From an uncultured Acidimicrobiia bacterium (GTDB taxonomy: Bacteria; Acidobacteriota; Terriglobia; Versatilivoradales; Versatilivoraceae), in the NCBI GenBank assembly GCA_963786955.1, contig CAWBAT010000005.1:1248001-1312000 (forward strand): a stretch of 64,000 nucleotides of DNA. The letters run 5' to 3'. The position numbers and the translations under genes are program-made. Positions 59,727 through 64,000 of the stretch are shown here, in pieces. The notes beneath the pieces were generated by a model. That model was given only the letters and a program-made list of their open reading frames with translations, was not told the DNA's origin and searched no databases. Every line of letters starts with the position of its first letter. Position 1 is the first letter of the stretch.

Positions 59727-61406
59727 ATGCATATAGACAAGCGCTTTGCATTTCTTTTGATGGCTTTGATGATAATCTTGGGGGCATTCGTCTTATCGAC
59801 AGAGACCGCATTTGCCCAGGCCCCGGTTGTGAGCGTTGGAACGGCCAGCGGAAACGCTGGAACAGCTGTGGACTTGACCGTGTCTTTCACGGCTGGCGCC
59901 ACTGGAGTAAGCACCCTCCAATTTGACCTGACGTTCCCCTCGTCTCTAGCCTATGTTTCGACGACAACAGGTGCGGCGGCAACCGCGGCTGGGAAATCGG
60001 CAAGTGGCAGCGCTATCTCCGGAGGTGCTCGAGTGTTGGTCTTCGCACTTAACACAACCTCGATTGGTTCGGGTGCAGTCGCCATAGTTCGACTCAACAT
60101 CGCCAGTGTCACCAGCCCGGCATCCATACCTGTGGGCATCACGGGAATTGTCGCATCAGATTCTGTCAGCAACGCGGTTACTGCTAACGGTTCTGGCGGC
60201 TCGGTCACAGTCACAACCCCTGGCGACACGACCGCACCGGTGATTTCGGCAGTGACGGCCTCAGGCATGACGGCGACGGGAGCAACCATTAGCTGGACGA
60301 CCAACGAAGCGTCTGATACGCAGGTGGAGTATGGGAAGACGACGGCTTATGGAAGTCTGACGACGTTAAATGGCAGCATGGTGACGTCGCACTCACAGGG
60401 TTTGAGTGGACTCACGGCCAGCACGACTTATAACTACCGGGTGCGGTCGAAGGATGCGGCTGGAAACCAGGCGGTATCGGGGAACGCAACGTTTGCGACG
60501 ACAGCGGCGGCGGACACAACGGCACCGGTGATTTCGGCAGTGACGGCCTCAGGCATGACGGCGACGGGAGCAACCATTAGCTGGACGACCAACGAAGCGT
60601 CTGATACGCAGGTGGAGTATGGGAAGACGACGGCTTATGGAAGTCTGACGACGTTAAATGGCAGCATGGTGACGTCGCACTCACAGGGTTTGAGTGGACT
60701 CACGGCCAGCACGACTTATAACTACCGGGTGCGGTCGAAGGATGCGGCAGGAAACCAGGCGGTATCGGGGAACGCAACGTTTGCGACGACAGCGGCGGCG
60801 GACACGACGGCACCGGTGATTTCGGCAGTGACGTCGTCAGGGATGTCGGCGACGGGAGCGACTATTAGCTGGACGACCAATGAAGCGTCGGATACACAGG
60901 TGGAGTATGGGACGACGACGGCTTATGGGAGTCTGACGACGTTAAATGGCAGCATGGTGACGTCGCACTCGCAGGGTTTGAGTGGACTCACGGCCAGCAC
61001 GACTTATAACTACCGGGTGCGGTCGAAGGATGCGGCTGGAAACCAGGCGGTATCGGGGAACGCAACGTTTGCGACGACAACGGCGCCGGACACGACGGCA
61101 CCGGTGATTTCGGCAGTGACGTCGTCAGGGATGACGACGACGGGAGCGACCATTAGCTGGACGACCAATGAAGCGTCGGATACACAGGTGGAGTATGGAA
61201 CGACGACGGCTTATGGGAGCACCACAACCCTCAACACTTCCCAGCTCACCAGTCATCTCCAATCGGTGAGTGGTTTGTCTGCGAGGACGCTTTACCACTA
61301 TCGAGTCAAATCCAAAGATGCGGCAGGTAATCTGGCTACTTCAGCTGACTTGACTTTTACCACTTCCTCAGTCTTACCCCCTCCAACCAATGTTACGGTC
61401 AAGTAG
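59727..61406 (+). CDS. Secreted cohesin-like + 4x FN3-like repeat protein with C-terminal LPPPTNVTVK tail
   Basis: Signal peptide; cohesin-like VSVGTASG.AG..V.L.V..VSTLQFDLTF..IGSG.VA.V.L; four 96-aa DTTAPVIS..ATISWTTNE.SD.QVEYG..YNYRV.S.DAAGN repeats. Confidence 0.8.
   Translation: MHIDKRFAFLLMALMIILGAFVLSTETAFAQAPVVSVGTASGNAGTAVDLTVSFTAGATGVSTLQFDLTFPSSLAYVSTTTGAAATAAGKSASGSAISGGARVLVFALNTTSIGSGAVAIVRLNIASVTSPASIPVGITGIVASDSVSNAVTANGSGGSVTVTTPGDTTAPVISAVTASGMTATGATISWTTNEASDTQVEYGKTTAYGSLTTLNGSMVTSHSQGLSGLTASTTYNYRVRSKDAAGNQAVSGNATFATTAAADTTAPVISAVTASGMTATGATISWTTNEASDTQVEYGKTTAYGSLTTLNGSMVTSHSQGLSGLTASTTYNYRVRSKDAAGNQAVSGNATFATTAAADTTAPVISAVTSSGMSATGATISWTTNEASDTQVEYGTTTAYGSLTTLNGSMVTSHSQGLSGLTASTTYNYRVRSKDAAGNQAVSGNATFATTTAPDTTAPVISAVTSSGMTTTGATISWTTNEASDTQVEYGTTTAYGSTTTLNTSQLTSHLQSVSGLSARTLYHYRVKSKDAAGNLATSADLTFTTSSVLPPPTNVTVK
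60225..61370 (+). repeat. Four tandem 288-bp coding repeats
   Basis: Units start at 60225, 60513, 60801 and 61089; the first three are nearly identical at DNA level. Confidence 0.95.
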
Positions 61407-61771
61407 CATCGACAGAGCTTTGGTGTGTTAATTCCGCCTCCTATTATTCAGTCCTCCCGTTTCGCGAGACTGTTGCTGCGATCGTTTCTCGAAAGATCGT
61501 AGTATTCGAGTTTCCCGTCATCAACTCTTAAAACAACATATTCAGTCACTTAGGTTGTTTGATTCGTCATATATCATTCAAACTTTCTTCGTCTTCCTGT
61601 CGTGTATGCCTGTGTGCACGCCTCACTGTTTAAGCTCTATTTGTATTTATTTCCGTAGCAAAGATGGGCCGATTGATTCAGGCAATACCTCTTGTATTCA
61701 GGTGATGATCTCCGTTAGGATTCAAATAGGAAACTATTACTCATCTTTTATCGGAAAGGGAGCAGATATCG

Positions 61772-62701
61772 ATGCGGATACTTGTGACAGGTGGTGCTGG
61801 ATTCCTGGGGTCACATCTTTGTGAGGTTTTACTAGAGGAGAAGAATGAAGTGATTTGCCTCGACAACTTCTTCACTGGGTCGAAACGGAACGTTTATCAT
61901 TTGATGGATTTCAGGTACTTTGAGATCTTGCGGCACGATGTCATCAATCCGATCGATATCGAAGTGGATCAGATCTACAACCTGGCTTGTCCAGCCTCTC
62001 CAGTATTCTATCAATTCAATCCCGTTCGCACGATCCAGGCCAATGTTTTAGGTGTTACGAACATGTTAGAGCTTGCGAAAAGGACAAAAGCTAGAATTCT
62101 GCAGGCTTCGACTTCTGAGGTCTACGGCGATCCTGCCGTTCACCCCCAACGAGAAGACTATTGGGGGAATGTGAATCCGGTTGGAATCCGCAGTTGCTAT
62201 GATGAGGGCAAGCGAGTCGCAGAAGCCTTAATGATGGATTATTACCGCCAATACGCAATAGACATTAAGATTGTGAGAATCTTCAACACTTACGGACCGA
62301 GGATGGCAGTCAATGATGGAAGAGTTGTCAGCAATTTCATTGTTCAAGCACTCAAGGGAGGAGACATCACGGTATATGGTGATGGCCAGCATACACGCTC
62401 CTTCTGTTTTGTTTCAGATCTCGTGGCGGGGTTGAATGCGATGATGACCAGTGCGGATTTCACTGGCCCGGTTAACCTGGGGAACCCGGCTGAATTCACC
62501 ATTCTTAGCCTGGCAAGCAAGGTCATCGAACTAGTGGGCTCCCGTTCGAAGATTGTGTTCAACCCCTTACCATCAGATGACCCTTCTCGTCGTCGTCCAG
62601 ACATCAGTTTAGCTAAAGAGAAACTAAACTGGTCTCCGATTGTCCCGATCGATGAGGGTTTGGTGAAAACGGTCGAATACTTCAGGAAAGCATTGGCTTA
62701 A
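61772..62701 (+). CDS. uxs: UDP-glucuronate decarboxylase (UDP-xylose synthase)
   Basis: [64 protein letters not shown]. Confidence 0.93.
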   Translation: MRILVTGGAGFLGSHLCEVLLEEKNEVICLDNFFTGSKRNVYHLMDFRYFEILRHDVINPIDIEVDQIYNLACPASPVFYQFNPVRTIQANVLGVTNMLELAKRTKARILQASTSEVYGDPAVHPQREDYWGNVNPVGIRSCYDEGKRVAEALMMDYYRQYAIDIKIVRIFNTYGPRMAVNDGRVVSNFIVQALKGGDITVYGDGQHTRSFCFVSDLVAGLNAMMTSADFTGPVNLGNPAEFTILSLASKVIELVGSRSKIVFNPLPSDDPSRRRPDISLAKEKLNWSPIVPIDEGLVKTVEYFRKALA

Positions 62702-62707
62702 TTACTT

Positions 62708-62807
62708 AGTACTGCTTTTCATAAATACGGTGACGTTAACGCCGGGTCGGTGACCCCACGCGGCGCCTATCCTAAGATACGTCACCGTAATTACGAATAG
62801 CAGTACT
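62708..62807. mobile_element. MITE-like element, family A, copy 3 (100 bp, internal deletion)
   Basis: 29-bp TIRs with 3 mismatches; lacks the central GGCCTACAA..TGTAGGCC segment. Confidence 0.8.
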
Positions 62808-62816
62808 TAGTACGCA

Positions 62817-63194
62817 TTGACTGCATACAATTCCTCAGAAAATGAAAGTGGCTTCTCCAATGAAATTTCGACGACGATAGCCGCTTCGACTGATACGACA
62901 CCAACGGTGATTTGGGCAGTGACGGCTTCAGTCGTGACGGCAATGGGAGCGACCATCTGCTGGACGACCAACGAGTCGTCTGATACGCAGGTGGGGTATG
63001 GGACGACAACGGCCTTTGGAAACAACCCTGCCATCGACTCACCAAAAGTAACAAGTCATTCTCAAGCCTGGGCTGGTCTCGCTTCAAGTACGCTCTATCA
63101 TTATCCCGCCAAGTCACGCGACGCTGCTCGCTATTTGTCATTGTCCGGTGATTTTGGTTTCACCACAGTGGCTACATTTGATCTCCATCCCTGA
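62817..63194 (+). pseudogene. Decayed FN3-protein remnant
   Basis: TAYNSSENESGFSNEIS (like the 59174 protein) joined directly to a degenerate DTTPTVI..ATICWTTNESSDTQV repeat; no signal peptide; 5' part missing next to the MITE. Confidence 0.75.
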
Positions 63195-63463
63195 GCATAT
63201 AAGTCTTCAAAGTTTGGATTAGCTCGAGTCTTGGGATCATAGCCAATTCAGCAATCTATGACCCAAAAATAGAACCGCAGCTAATGCATTAGTTATAGGG
63301 GAAGTTCCTGGTAAGGCGTGCTCGCCGAGTGCGCCATGGACGCTCCGGTGATCAGTCCTTCGCAAATCTTTGGCCCTGTGGGCTATCGTGCAGGGCAAAT
63401 TGCAAAGCAATCATCAGTTCTATGCCAGAAACGGCAGCCTTAACTATTTTATGTGATAAGCCG

Positions 63464-63630
63464 ATGAGAATTCTAGCTATGTGCGGCACAGGGATTGTTG
63501 ACCCTCACTGAGGCGAGCGCCTTTTTCGGAAGGTCATGAAGTTGTATGCCTGGACCACTATTTTCGTGATTCGAAAAAGAACATACACAATCTCTTGAAT
63601 TACAAAAATTTTGAGTTATGAACGATTGAG
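63464..63630 (+). pseudogene. Decayed 5' duplicate of uxs
   Basis: MRILAMCGTGIVDPH-stop, then EVVCLDHYF..SKKNIHNLLNYKNFE in another frame, matching the uxs N-terminus. Confidence 0.75.
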
Positions 63631-63653
63631 TATTACAGGGGTTCGCAAAGCAA

Positions 63654-64000
63654 ATGAACTCGACCTCCCAATTTCTCAAAACACGTCCATTTGTTGAAGA
63701 AGCTTCCCCGTACCTCAGAGCCCTTGTGGTCGGGTCTTTGCTAACTTATCTTTATTTCCCCGTCTTAAATGGGATCGTTGCTGAGTGGTGGAATAACGCC
63801 AACTACTCCTATGGCTTCCTGATCCCGATCGTATCTTTTGTCATACTTTGGAATCGAAGAAAAGAATTTCAGGGAATCCAGGTCTCTCCTGAATTCCGAG
63901 GGGCATGGATATTCTCTTTTGGTCTTTTCTTGTATCTTACTGGAATCGCGGGCAAGGAAGAATTCATTCAACGGTTTTCGTTCCCGCTCACACTTTTAGG
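63654..64000 (+). CDS. Exosortase (EpsH/XrtA family), 5' part; runs off the window
   Basis: Manual translation from ATG 63654: ..LYFPVLNGIVAEWWNNANYSYGFLIPIVSFVILWNRRKE.., matching the W...YSHGFLIP..S...W.R exosortase N-terminal motif; open to the window end. Confidence 0.85.
   Translation, partial: MNSTSQFLKTRPFVEEASPYLRALVVGSLLTYLYFPVLNGIVAEWWNNANYSYGFLIPIVSFVILWNRRKEFQGIQVSPEFRGAWIFSFGLFLYLTGIAGKEEFIQRFSFPLTLL

Noticed and set aside
60225-61370. Tandem repeats as a CRISPR array
   Set aside because: These are 288-bp in-frame coding units without spacers, and there are no cas genes.

Overview
The window is almost entirely one large exosortase (XrtA/PEP-CTERM-type) associated exopolysaccharide locus, nearly all on the + strand. 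In order it holds: the end of a sigma-54 activator, a degenerate GGDEF protein, an export and chain-length module (wza, outer-membrane barrel, Wzc-like chain-length protein, ExeA-like ATPase, tyrosine kinase, priming sugar transferase), ugd and a UpxY/NusG antiterminator. An ACP-based acylation/amidation cassette follows (asnB, ACPs, AMP-ligase, NadE-like, two FabH, AAC(3)-family transferase). Then come two paralogous Wzx flippases, a CDP-glucose sugar pathway, many GT2/GT4 enzymes, deacetylases, a second asnB, an O-antigen ligase/Wzy-like protein, VanZ, FemAB-like and uxs. The window ends in the 5' part of an exosortase gene that the ORF track misses. The locus carries many reciprocally decayed duplications and several MITE/REP-like repeat families. 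The most interesting signal is a set of secreted proteins. Four of them end in an orphan FN3 A-strand-like tail (PP-x-N-[LV]-[RT]-[IKV], then 1-2 residues and stop). A fifth has an FN3 domain that lacks exactly that strand, plus a dockerin, and sits beside a cohesin-(FN3)4 protein behind a canonical sigma-54 promoter. My inference is a strand-complementation plus cohesin-dockerin extracellular scaffold. All family assignments come from motif recognition by eye; no searches were run.
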